Made by a program: the position numbers and the translations under genes. A model generated the notes under the pieces. It made no database searches. It was not told where the DNA came from and was given only the letters and a program-made list of their open reading frames with translations. This document shows, one piece after another, positions 50,538 through 60,584 of a DNA stretch of 64,000 nucleotides (position 1 is the first letter of the stretch; each line of letters starts with the position of its first letter). Source of the DNA: Promethearchaeota archaeon (GTDB taxonomy: Archaea > Asgardarchaeota > Lokiarchaeia > Sigyniarchaeales > SOKP01); NCBI GenBank assembly GCA_029838195.1, contig JALGVJ010000014.1, positions 1 through 64,000 on the forward strand, in the 5' to 3' direction.

Positions 50538-51431
50538 GTGCAAAAATTGGTCGTTGAAATTGATAATTCAATAAATCGTTGTCCTGAATGTTTCGGACAT
50601 GCCATGACAATTCCTGAGAGAGGAGAAACAGTCTGCAAGCAGTGTGGATTAGTAATCACGGAGCGTGAGGTGGATATTCATCATAGCGGCATTAGAGCAT
50701 ATACCAAACAAGATAAGGAGAAAAAAGAGCGAAATGGCAGTCCGATATCCATTTTAATGCCTGATATCGGTTTGAGCACAATTATTGACCGAACAAACAT
50801 TAAAAATCCAGATTTACGACGGGCTGCTAAATGGAACACTCATCTCAATTGGGAAAAGAGAAACATGCTAATTGCAATCACAGAATTAAAGCGAATAGGA
50901 GGAAACTTAAATTTTCCGGACCACGTGAAAAAAGCTGCTGTCCGGCTATACAAAGAAGTATTTAAAAGAAATTTACTGCGAGGAAGATCGATTAATGGAA
51001 TGATCGCTGCTTGTGCTTACTACGTGTGCAAAAATGAAAAAGTTCCCATTACCTTACAAGAAATTTTAGATGAATCTTCCATAAGCGAAAATATTGTAAA
51101 AAGATGTTATAAAATATTGGTGAGTGAATTAAAATTGAAAACATCACATATAGATCCTGTATCTCTCATCCCTAGATATTGTGCGGATTTAAAATTAGAC
51201 ATCCATATAGAAAAAGAAGCTATTAGAATTCTCAAGAATTTCATAAAAAGGGCCCCCATTTCCGGAAAAGATCCTAAAGGGCTCTGTGCAGGCGCCATTT
51301 ATTTGGTAGCTAAATTAAATAACAAAAAGATCTCTCAAAAGGATATTGCGCAAGTCATTGGGGTGACGGAGGTCACTCTCCGAAGCAGGTACAAAGAGCT
51401 GCTGAAATGCATCAGTTATCATATTAATTAA
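50538..51431 (+). CDS. tfb: Transcription initiation factor IIB
   Basis: CPEC...CKQCG zinc ribbon, two cyclin repeats, RGRS, GKDP.G..A, GVTEVTLR.RYKEL. Confidence 0.95.
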   Translation: MQKLVVEIDNSINRCPECFGHAMTIPERGETVCKQCGLVITEREVDIHHSGIRAYTKQDKEKKERNGSPISILMPDIGLSTIIDRTNIKNPDLRRAAKWNTHLNWEKRNMLIAITELKRIGGNLNFPDHVKKAAVRLYKEVFKRNLLRGRSINGMIAACAYYVCKNEKVPITLQEILDESSISENIVKRCYKILVSELKLKTSHIDPVSLIPRYCADLKLDIHIEKEAIRILKNFIKRAPISGKDPKGLCAGAIYLVAKLNNKKISQKDIAQVIGVTEVTLRSRYKELLKCISYHIN

Positions 51432-51839
51432 ATTATTTCTCTTTTTTTGCGAAGTAGATTTAGCTTTTCCAATTTTTTTCAAATTCTTTCGAAAATTTTT
51501 CCAGAATTCAAGAATTCCAAAATTACAAAATTTCTTAACCGTCATTCATACCTCCAAGAATGACCAAGTTGTTAAGTAAATTAGATTTGAAATAACACAA
51601 GAATTCTGGGCTTTTTAAAATTATAAACAAATACTTTACTTGAAGGAAAATAATTTGAAAAAAATCCATTTGAGAAATGTTGAAATGTATTAGTTATCAT
51701 ATTAATTAAATTTTTTATCTCTTTTTCTTGAAAACGAGTTGTTTAGGTATTTTAAACTAGTTTTGCGAAGGGAATGATTTCCTTATAGAATGAAAGAGAT
51801 GATTTTATAAGAGAATTTATTTAAATTATTTAAGATATT

Positions 51840-52565
51840 TTATTTACGATATCCTGTCCTACGTGCGGCTATTTGGCCTACTTTGCGGCCAGGAGGTGCA
51901 TTTCTTGAAATAGTGGTTGGTTTATGTGGAGATTGTTTAGCTCCCCCGCCAAAAGGATGTGAACATGCATTCATGGCGACGCCTCGCACGATGGGCCATT
52001 TTTTAGCTTTCGATCGCAAGTAATGAAATTTATTTCCAGCTTTTAAAAAGGGTTTGTCTGTCCGTCCCCCACCAGCAACCACACCAATGGTACAGAGGCA
52101 ATCTTCATGGAACCATCGGGTTTTTTTCGAGCGGAACAAGACATTAACTTTATTCCCAATTTTATCCTTTATAATTGCTCCAACTCCAGAAGCTCTTGCG
52201 AATTTTCCCCCATCTTGTGGGAAGCTTTCGATATTACATATTACGGTGCCAAGAGGCACGTTTTTGAGGGGTAATATATTCCCAACTTGAATTTTTTCAT
52301 TTTCCCGCTTGGATTGAATGAACTCATTGCCGACGAAGATGCCTTCTGGTGGAAGGTATAAGGATCGTACTCCATCTTCATATTGAATTTCAGCCACGGG
52401 AGCTCCACGTCCAGGGGAATGAATTAAGTCAATGACTTTAAACTTATAGAAGTTTATATCCGGGGTGAAGGAGCGATATTTCACGCGTCCCACGTGGCGA
52501 TGGCTAGGGCTGCGAGCCCACAAGTTTCCTCGGCCTTTTCTTTGTGCTAAGATACGTTTTCCCAT
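51840..52565 (-). CDS. rpl2: 50S ribosomal protein L2 (uL2)
   Basis: MGKRI..QRKGRG, H.PGRGAP, WP.VRGVAMN..HPFGGG, PPGRKVG.IAARRTG. Confidence 0.97.
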   Translation of the reverse strand: MGKRILAQRKGRGNLWARSPSHRHVGRVKYRSFTPDINFYKFKVIDLIHSPGRGAPVAEIQYEDGVRSLYLPPEGIFVGNEFIQSKRENEKIQVGNILPLKNVPLGTVICNIESFPQDGGKFARASGVGAIIKDKIGNKVNVLFRSKKTRWFHEDCLCTIGVVAGGGRTDKPFLKAGNKFHYLRSKAKKWPIVRGVAMNACSHPFGGGAKQSPHKPTTISRNAPPGRKVGQIAARRTGYRK

Positions 52566-52695
52566 GGTATTCACTTAAGTATTAATATTTAATTTAATTA
52601 AGGAATCTATAAAATTTTTTCCATGCGAAAAGAATCGGTTATTTTAAGATAATGGAACGAGAAAGGAGGATAATGAGAGAAAAATGGGTTCATGA

Positions 52696-54054
52696 TTAAA
52701 ATAATTTTTTCGAGAGGAGGGAATCGATATCATAATTATAAGCGATGGGGATTTCTCGATCTAAGATTTCTCCAGCAATGTTTTGCAGTAATAAGGTCTT
52801 GATTTCGTCAGGATCGGAAGTTTGACCAAGTACCCATCCTAATTTAACGTAAGCTACTTCCAAGAGCATGTTTTTTCCGGGAATGACCCCCAAGTTTTGT
52901 AGTTCTCTTCCCGTGGAATAGACATTCATGCCAACAAAGCCATGTAATGTTTGGGTGGTCATGAGAACGGTAATTCCTTCTTCAACTGCTCTTTTGATGG
53001 CGTCATAAGTATAATTACCGACGTGGCCCAATCCAGTTCCCGCAATCACGATTCCTTTATACCCGTTATCCGTGAAGTAATCTATTAATTCACCTTTCAT
53101 GCCGGGATAAGAATAGATTAGGGCGATTTTTTCTTCGAACTTGGTATTAGCAACAGTTTTAAGGTTCTTGTTCTTAGTTTTAATTTTTTTGAACCATTTT
53201 ATCATTCCATTTTGTACCATGCCTAGGGGGATGTCATTAATAGTTCGAAAGGCGTGTCGGGCGGAAGAGTGCATTTTTCTCACGAGCGTGCCTTTATGAA
53301 TCAACCCATATTCATGAGAGGTGGAGCCCAGCATTACAACGACGACTTCTACGAGATTTGAAGTTGCTACTGTGGCGGCGTTAATCAAATTCATCGCAGC
53401 ATCCGAGGAAGGACGATCAGAACTCCTTTGGCTTCCAACAAGAACTACGGGAATGGATAAATCATGCAGCATAAAAGCTAGAGCTGCTGCCGTGTAGCTC
53501 ATGGTATCAGTTCCGTGGCCAATGATGATCCCATCAATTCCCGAGTTGGCGGCTTTTTCAATTTTTTTGGCTAAAGTTTGCCAATATTCCGGTTTCATGT
53601 TTTCGGAAAGTATTTCAAAAACAATTTCCGTGTCAAGATTACAAATTTCAGCTAGTTCGGGCACGGCGCTGTATAATTCACTTGGCGTGAACGAAGGGAT
53701 GACAGCACCGGTGGTATAATCTAAGCGGGAGGCTACTGTTCCCCCCGTTCCAAATAATTTTACATGAGGCAAGTGTTCATTCAATGGAAATTCTTTTTCG
53801 GGAATCTTGTAAATAGCTTTTTTTTTACCAATTTTTTTTATTTCTTTAATTTTGGAGACATGGATGCCAATGTTATAATTATTTTCTAATTTAATTTCCA
53901 CGAAATCCGGGTGTGAATATTCATTTCTCGGTAATAATATACCATCGTAGATTGAGGTATCGGTTTTTATTTGAAGGATGTCCCAAATTTCCAACTCATG
54001 ATCTTGAAGGAACTTTTTAGTTTTCCCCTTGTATCCTTTTAATTCTTCGGTCAT
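52696..54054 (-). CDS. gatD: Glu-tRNA(Gln) amidotransferase subunit D
   Basis: KLENNYNIG, TGGTVASRLDY.TGAV, HGTDT, SQRSSDRPSSD. Confidence 0.96.
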   Translation of the reverse strand: MTEELKGYKGKTKKFLQDHELEIWDILQIKTDTSIYDGILLPRNEYSHPDFVEIKLENNYNIGIHVSKIKEIKKIGKKKAIYKIPEKEFPLNEHLPHVKLFGTGGTVASRLDYTTGAVIPSFTPSELYSAVPELAEICNLDTEIVFEILSENMKPEYWQTLAKKIEKAANSGIDGIIIGHGTDTMSYTAAALAFMLHDLSIPVVLVGSQRSSDRPSSDAAMNLINAATVATSNLVEVVVVMLGSTSHEYGLIHKGTLVRKMHSSARHAFRTINDIPLGMVQNGMIKWFKKIKTKNKNLKTVANTKFEEKIALIYSYPGMKGELIDYFTDNGYKGIVIAGTGLGHVGNYTYDAIKRAVEEGITVLMTTQTLHGFVGMNVYSTGRELQNLGVIPGKNMLLEVAYVKLGWVLGQTSDPDEIKTLLLQNIAGEILDREIPIAYNYDIDSLLSKKLF

Positions 54055-55977
54055 TTATTTCACCTCTTTTATTGTTTTAGTTAGTAAAGTTTTTAATTCT
54101 TTTGATACGACGGCACCATCGATTTTGCCTCTTACTTGTTCCATTATTTCGCCCATTAAAGGTCCCATAGCACGCATTTCTTTTTCTTTAATCAAGGAAA
54201 GATTGTTATCGATAATGTCTTGTATTAAATTTTTTAAATCAGTAATAGAAATTTTTTGAAGGTTTAATTTTTTTCTTATATCTTCGATAGAGAGATGGGG
54301 GGAATCCGCCTTTAAGGCCATGATTTCTTCGATGGCTTCCTTACCGATTTCATTCGATTTCAAGAGAGTAAAGATCTCTTGATAATCCTTCTTTTTTAAG
54401 TTTTCAAGATTTTTTCCTTCCCTTCGCAAAGCTATGGTAGTTTCTAACAAGGTTGTAATGATTAACATGGGATTTTCCGGATAAATTTTCAAGAGAGTTT
54501 CAAACAGGTCTAATTTTCCCGTAAAAATGAGTTCTTTTATCATTCTTTCTTCTATCTTGAATTTCTTTGAATATTCTTGAATAATTTTCCATGGATGAGG
54601 AGGAAGGTTCTCTCGAATAGATTCAATTTCTTGTTCCGTATTTAGAATGGCAAGAGAGTCCGTATCAGGATATAATCTCGCACCGCCATGTAATTCCCTT
54701 AGAAATTCGGTATTTCCATTCTCCAATGCTTTTCTTGTTTCGGGAGGGACTCCGTTAAAAGCATCTTGTACTCGCTTTATTATTACATTCATAGCTTTAC
54801 TTATTTCTTTAGGTGTACCTAACACTAACACGAAACAATCATTTTCTTTAGAGTTCAATTTTTTCCTAATCATGTTAATTTCTTTTTCATCAAATCCATA
54901 CTTATTCAAATCTTCATCTGAATGAATGATGCCTTTTAAGCCAGAGATTGATTTAACCTTGCTACTCACTTCGGTTCCAAACCGATAGTCAGGCATTAGT
55001 TCCATTCCAAAAAGTCCTTTAAATCCCGTAAAATTGATGCCAACTAATTTTTTATCGGATTTTATGCCTTTGACAATGAATCCTTTTTTTTTCAAGTTGA
55101 TAACGTTGGAAACATCGATTATTTCTTGGTTTACATCATTCGGGGTCAATTTTCTTGATTGTAATTCTTTTTTCAATTTCAATAGATTTACTTGTCTTAG
55201 GACTTCATGTTCAATGAGGAGGGGAATCCAATCTAATTTTTGAACACCTTTGATCTCAATTCGTGTTCCATTTTTAATGCTCACGTTAATATCTTGTCGA
55301 ATGGAACCCAAGATTCGTTTTACGTCAGTCATCCATAATAAAAGTCCCAATCTTTCGGCACATTCTTTACATTCGATGGGATCATTAATTTCGGGTTTTG
55401 TAGTGACTTCTACTAAAGGAACTCCCAATCGATCTAATCTGAAATAGTTCGTTTTGCCTTCGGTTTTAATCTTTCTTGCGGCATCTTCTTCTAAACATAA
55501 AATATCAATGCCTATTTTTTTCCCTCCCTCAAGCTTAATATATCCTTCTTTAGCTAAAATCATGGTCCTCTGAAACCCACACGGAACACTTCCATCAAGA
55601 TAATTTTTTCTGCAAACGTGCATTTCCTCAACGACATCCGCATTTAAGAGTAAAGCAATTTGAAGGGCAATTTTTTTGGCCTCTTCATTGCAAGGGAAGG
55701 GAGGCGTTTCATCTAGTTCATAGGTACAAATTACATCGCCATACCCTTCATAAATAATGGTCATATCTTTTTCGTATTCCGTTAACATAGCTTCATCATA
55801 CGTCCCCATTTCCCCTAATACCGGGCGCATAAAACGTTTTACCCGAAAATCCGGTTCTCTTGAGCCTTGAAGCTCATTAGGACAACGACAAAAAAGTTTT
55901 GTTTTAGAATCAAGTTGTTGATGGATTTCTAAACCGCATTTAAGTCCCAATTTCTGATAATCGAGGATACTTTTCAC
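54055..55977 (-). CDS. gatE: Glu-tRNA(Gln) amidotransferase subunit E
   Basis: GLKCGLEIHQQL, DGS...GFQRT, LEEDAAR, LDRLG.PL.E, GSIRQD.NVSI, R.YPDTD. Confidence 0.96.
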   Translation of the reverse strand: MKSILDYQKLGLKCGLEIHQQLDSKTKLFCRCPNELQGSREPDFRVKRFMRPVLGEMGTYDEAMLTEYEKDMTIIYEGYGDVICTYELDETPPFPCNEEAKKIALQIALLLNADVVEEMHVCRKNYLDGSVPCGFQRTMILAKEGYIKLEGGKKIGIDILCLEEDAARKIKTEGKTNYFRLDRLGVPLVEVTTKPEINDPIECKECAERLGLLLWMTDVKRILGSIRQDINVSIKNGTRIEIKGVQKLDWIPLLIEHEVLRQVNLLKLKKELQSRKLTPNDVNQEIIDVSNVINLKKKGFIVKGIKSDKKLVGINFTGFKGLFGMELMPDYRFGTEVSSKVKSISGLKGIIHSDEDLNKYGFDEKEINMIRKKLNSKENDCFVLVLGTPKEISKAMNVIIKRVQDAFNGVPPETRKALENGNTEFLRELHGGARLYPDTDSLAILNTEQEIESIRENLPPHPWKIIQEYSKKFKIEERMIKELIFTGKLDLFETLLKIYPENPMLIITTLLETTIALRREGKNLENLKKKDYQEIFTLLKSNEIGKEAIEEIMALKADSPHLSIEDIRKKLNLQKISITDLKNLIQDIIDNNLSLIKEKEMRAMGPLMGEIMEQVRGKIDGAVVSKELKTLLTKTIKEVK

Positions 55978-56123
55978 GTTAATTCACATCATGTTAAAAC
56001 CTAATTTTTAATAAAAACTTCATGGAAAATAAATTAATATCTCATTAAATAACATGATAAAAACAAATTTAATTTATTCAATATTGCCTATTAAAAGCCT
56101 CATTCATCAAGTATTTAATAGCA

Positions 56124-57209
56124 TTACGTGAGAAAAAAAACACCTTCGCTTTCTATTACATTCGAATGATGAGAAAGGAAATCAATTAGAAAATTTAACT
56201 CTCTTTTAAATCTTTCAGGATTCAATTTAAACTTAAAACTTAATTTCATTTTGCTTTCAATTTCAATCCAGTGGAGCTTCTGAAAGAACTCCAATAAGCT
56301 CAAAAGAAATTTATCTTTAGAATATTTACCAAACTTTCTTAGATCATTTTCCATTTTTTTTAAAATTTGTTCGAATACTCGATAATTTTTGTGGACTATA
56401 ATAATATTTTTATCCGTAGCAAGTTTTTGAAAAAAATACCGATGATCTTCTTCATTGATGATATTTTCGAAATGAATGATTTGAGATAAATTATGATATG
56501 TAAGAGCTTGTCGCTCTTTTTCTCTAGATATATCCTTACAAAAGAGCAAGTCTGTCAATATTACATACATGATACACGTTAAATTTTCCATATCTTGATG
56601 AAACCTTACAACTTTAACACCCAAATATCCAAGAAGGCTTGCATTTAGCTTCATATTTTCAAAAAGGAGGAGGGGAGAGGCTCCTTTAATCTTGATTTCA
56701 AAAGAAAAATCTTGATCGGAATTAGTATTCAAGGGATTTATATTTATCTTTTCTACAATCGTTTTATGAAGATTTGAATTCGCAAATCCATTGAGGAAAT
56801 TAAAAACTTTAGTTTTATCCTTAATTGGTAAATTTTCTTGAAAAATGGATAGTATGTTAATAAACAGCTTTGGAGAATCGTGAAAATGAAAAGGCATGTA
56901 TTTATTTAGTTTTATTAAATCTTCATATTGAAGAGATAATGCTTTAAAAGAGAGATTATCATAAAATTGAATTATATTACCCCCGATAATTTTTTTGATA
57001 TCATCAAGAGATTTATTTTCTTTAAAAAAATTCATTACATTTTCCATTAAAAAATGGATTGTTGAGGATAAACTTTTAAAATTCTTATCATGAGGATTTT
57101 TACCTTGTTGCTCATTGTAATATCGAACTATTCTTTCTTTTAAGGAGGAGGGAAGGACAATGGTTACTCTCTCTGTTTTTTTATTAGATAAAAATTTTTT
57201 CGAACTCAT
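56124..57209 (-). CDS. Hypothetical protein with N-terminal RHH-like DNA-binding domain
   Basis: ERVTIVLPSSLKERI...KSLSS; paralog of 57249-58325 (shared FEN.K, KLHWI). Confidence 0.7.
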   Translation of the reverse strand: MSSKKFLSNKKTERVTIVLPSSLKERIVRYYNEQQGKNPHDKNFKSLSSTIHFLMENVMNFFKENKSLDDIKKIIGGNIIQFYDNLSFKALSLQYEDLIKLNKYMPFHFHDSPKLFINILSIFQENLPIKDKTKVFNFLNGFANSNLHKTIVEKININPLNTNSDQDFSFEIKIKGASPLLLFENMKLNASLLGYLGVKVVRFHQDMENLTCIMYVILTDLLFCKDISREKERQALTYHNLSQIIHFENIINEEDHRYFFQKLATDKNIIIVHKNYRVFEQILKKMENDLRKFGKYSKDKFLLSLLEFFQKLHWIEIESKMKLSFKFKLNPERFKRELNFLIDFLSHHSNVIESEGVFFLT

Positions 57210-57248
57210 TTAATCCCATTTGAATTATTTAATTAAAAAAGAGATTTT

Positions 57249-58325
57249 TCAATTTTTAGGGATAAGATTGATTTTATTTTCTTTTAAATGTTGGAGCTCG
57301 GCATATTGAGAAAGGAATTCCTTTAAATAATCTATCTCCTCTTTGGAATGCTCATTAGAAAGGTTAATGTTAAAAATTAGTTCTTCATCATTTTCGATTG
57401 AAATCCAATGCAATTTCTCAAATATTTTTAATATGTTTAAAAGAAAATTTTCTTTTTTCCCAAATTTTTCAATATCTTTAAGGAACATGTCTATCCAATA
57501 ATCTCGAGTTTTATCTATATTAAATTTAACCACGCATTCTTTATCTTCCGCAAGTTTCATCCATAAGTGATATTCCTTCTCATCATTGATTATTCGTTCA
57601 TGATTTACAAAAAATGAGAGATTATGTTGAATCAATTTTAATCGTTCTGAAGTAGCGATTTCACTTTGATATGCCAGATCAGTATCTTCAAAATAATATC
57701 TACAATACTTCGATTTCTCATTATACAAGCAGTCTGTAATCTTCAATCCAACATAACCATAAATCGCAGCGATCATTTTACAATTTTCAAAATGGAGGTT
57801 TTGATACGTGCCGATGTATTCTAACTTGAATTTGGAAGGAATTCCTCTTTCAATTTCCTCGAAATTATACTCCTTGGTTAATTTATTAGAAATTGCATAG
57901 TTTCTAAAGCGTTCGTGTTTTAACATTAAATCATCCACATCACGAGGGATTTGAATATAAAATTCTTTCAAGGCCAAGAAAAAATCGGTCATGTTATCAT
58001 AAAAAGAGATGTCATATTTATTCGGTTGCACGGCAACCTCATAATAAGGAATAGTGGCACGGAAACTATATTTATCATAAAAAGTTACCATGGTACCATC
58101 CGCATAATTTTTTAAATCATCCAAAGTTTTTCCACTTTCTAATAAATTCATCACGTTTTCCAAGACATAGTTATAAAACGCAGATACACTCTTGTATCTT
58201 TCATCATTGGGTTGCATTTTAGCTTTTTTATTAACATGGCGAGTTATCCAATCTTTTAAAGCCGGCGAAATGGATATCGTTTGTCGGGTTATTTTTTTAT
58301 TGGAGGCCTTTTTTTTAACTGACAT
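57249..58325 (-). CDS. Hypothetical protein with N-terminal RHH-like DNA-binding domain
   Basis: RQTISISPALKDWI...KSVSAF, FENCK, KLHWI. Confidence 0.7.
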   Translation of the reverse strand: MSVKKKASNKKITRQTISISPALKDWITRHVNKKAKMQPNDERYKSVSAFYNYVLENVMNLLESGKTLDDLKNYADGTMVTFYDKYSFRATIPYYEVAVQPNKYDISFYDNMTDFFLALKEFYIQIPRDVDDLMLKHERFRNYAISNKLTKEYNFEEIERGIPSKFKLEYIGTYQNLHFENCKMIAAIYGYVGLKITDCLYNEKSKYCRYYFEDTDLAYQSEIATSERLKLIQHNLSFFVNHERIINDEKEYHLWMKLAEDKECVVKFNIDKTRDYWIDMFLKDIEKFGKKENFLLNILKIFEKLHWISIENDEELIFNINLSNEHSKEEIDYLKEFLSQYAELQHLKENKINLIPKN

Positions 58326-58718
58326 AACATGAGTGAAAAATATTTGATTTAATTATTCATATATTAAATTTATTAATATCTTAAATTTATTTAAATATTT
58401 GTGAAAAATTTCACTTCAAACAAGATTTTGAAAATACATGTTACTTATAATATAGCGTATTTTCTAAAATTTTTTTGCTACCTAAATGCGTGGAAAAAGG
58501 TTGGAATATTTTTTTTCCCCTAAAGTTAATATCTAGATTTAAATACTATTGCAAAATCTTAATATTCGAGATTTTAAGTCATAAAAATTTAAAATCTCAT
58601 GATGAAGTGATTTCGATCTCACCTAAACGGGTAGATAAAAGGAAAGGAGGCGAATAATAAAGACAAAAATCCCCCAATCTTTTACTCCCATCTTTCATTT
58701 TTTACCATTCCTTTAAAA

Positions 58719-60381
58719 TTAAATCAATTTTTTTGAAACATAAGGACCATCTTTTTGATATCCTTGGTTATAAAACCATTGTTTAACGCCTAATCCACTA
58801 ATTACAGCTATTTTTTTTAAACCAAATTCTTCTTTTGAAATTTTTTCTGCTTGTTTTAATAATGTTTTTCCGAGACCTTTGTGTTGGATTTGACCTTGTT
58901 CGCGTGGCGGGGCACCCCAAGGAACTAACATGCCAACGATCTTGATTTCTCGCACGATAGAAGTGTTGCCATCATTTAATTCCTTTCTATGTGCTTTTTC
59001 AGACGGTATTCTCAATCTTAAATAGCCTAATAAGCACGTTCTTTTAATGTCTTCATGAGAGAGAAAAATTTCTTTACCTTCTGAGGCATCATACTCGTAG
59101 CTTAATAACTTAATTTCATTTAAAAGCGCAGCATTGTCTTGATATTTAGGGGTAAGATATCCTAATTCTCTACACCTAATACAACGGCATGAAGCATTTT
59201 TTTCTTTTAATTTCTCATGGATTAACTGTCTTAAGTTGCTTTTTTTACAGCCCGCTTGAATTAAATAGGCAGGGATATCTCGCATTATTCTCTGAATTCT
59301 AATATAAGGAGGGAGAGTTTTTTTCACAGACGCTAATAGATCTATTAATTTTTCTTCCGAATAAGGCACATATTTTCCTTTTTTCCACCAAGAATATAAC
59401 TCAGTTCCTTGAATCACTAAAGTAGGATAGATTTTTAACATATCAGGTCTATAATTAGGATCACTAAATAGTGTTTGGAACATCTCAAGATCTTTCTGAA
59501 GCGAAGAGCCAGGCAAATTGGGCATTACATGAAGATTTACTTTGAATCCAGCATCTTTAGCTATTCGAATTGCTTCAATAGAATCGGCAGTAGAATGGCC
59601 TCTTTTTATTAATTTATAAATATCATCATAAACGGTTTGCACGCCGATTTCTACTCTTGTCGTACCATAATGAAGCATTAAATCAACATGTTCTTCCTTG
59701 CAGTAATCCGGTCTTGTTTCAATTGTCAATCCAACTAATCTTTTACGTGAACGTTCCGCTTTTTTTTTTGCTTCCTCTAATGAAGTCGTATTTTCCCCGA
59801 TTATTCCTTCTAAAGCCCCTTTAACAAAATTTTCCTGATATGAGTGATCTGTCGATAAGAAGGTCCCTCCCATTACGATGAGCTCAATTTTTTATGGTGA
59901 TCCAGGGCATGTCCCGAATCAAGTCCACATCATGACCGATGGCGTCTAAATCAGAAATTCGAGAAAGAACTTGTTCCTTAGGGTCATAATTACAATAAAT
60001 CGACCTCATGGCTGCCGGTTCTCTTCCCGTATATGATTTAGCAACTTTTTCTCCAGGTTGGGAGTGGACACCCGGACAATAAACACATTCACCCGGACAT
60101 AGCAAGGGTTTTGTCATGATTGCGATGACCGTTACACCCGAAAGCGTTCTCGTTGAGCGTCTTTTCAGTAATTTTCGTAAAATTTTTTTTTCTTCTTCAG
60201 ACGCATGACTCAAGATGGTAGCATTTTTGATGACTTTTGGATAGTGATACTTTTTACCAATCTTACCCTTGAGATTAGTGATTTTGCTTTTAGAAAAATT
60301 GGGTTTCTTAATTAAAACTTCAATTATTTCCCGTGCTATTTTATTTTCCAAATTTAAACTATTATTATCTTTTACATCCAT
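58719..60381 (-). CDS. elp3: Elp3 tRNA uridine(34) acetyltransferase (radical SAM plus GNAT), two exons: 60381-59923 and 59891-58719; 543 aa if spliced
   Basis: RTLSGV, CPGECVYCP, KSYTG.EPA, GHDVD|KIELIVMGGTF, TIETRPDY, RVEIGVQT, KIYPTLVI.GT, RI.RDIP, CIRCRE, QHKGLG, VISG.GV. Confidence 0.93.
59892..59922 (-). other. 31-nt bulge-helix-bulge intron within the elp3 mRNA
   Basis: GUGG-AC|U-UGAUUCGGG-ACAUGC-CCUGGAUCA-CCAU-AA|A; excision restores the frame and the conserved motif. Confidence 0.85.
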
Positions 60382-60584
60382 GGTTGAAACATGACATTCT
60401 ATTATTCATATTAAATTAGCATCGAAAATATTCTTTTTGGGTCAATTTTTTACCATTTATTAATGCTTTTAATAATTTTGGAAAAATTTTTCCTTAAAAA
60501 AAGAGGGTTTTGAAAGAAGCTTCTACTGCAAGGGAGCTTGAAAAATTAAATGATTAATAACATGAGGAGATAAGGAAATAATGT

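Noticed and set aside
58719-60381. elp3 as a simple frameshifted pseudogene or sequencing error
   Set aside because: The defect is a 31-nt structured insertion whose BHB cut sites restore the motif exactly. It is not a homopolymer indel or a duplication of flanking sequence, and both halves are otherwise intact.
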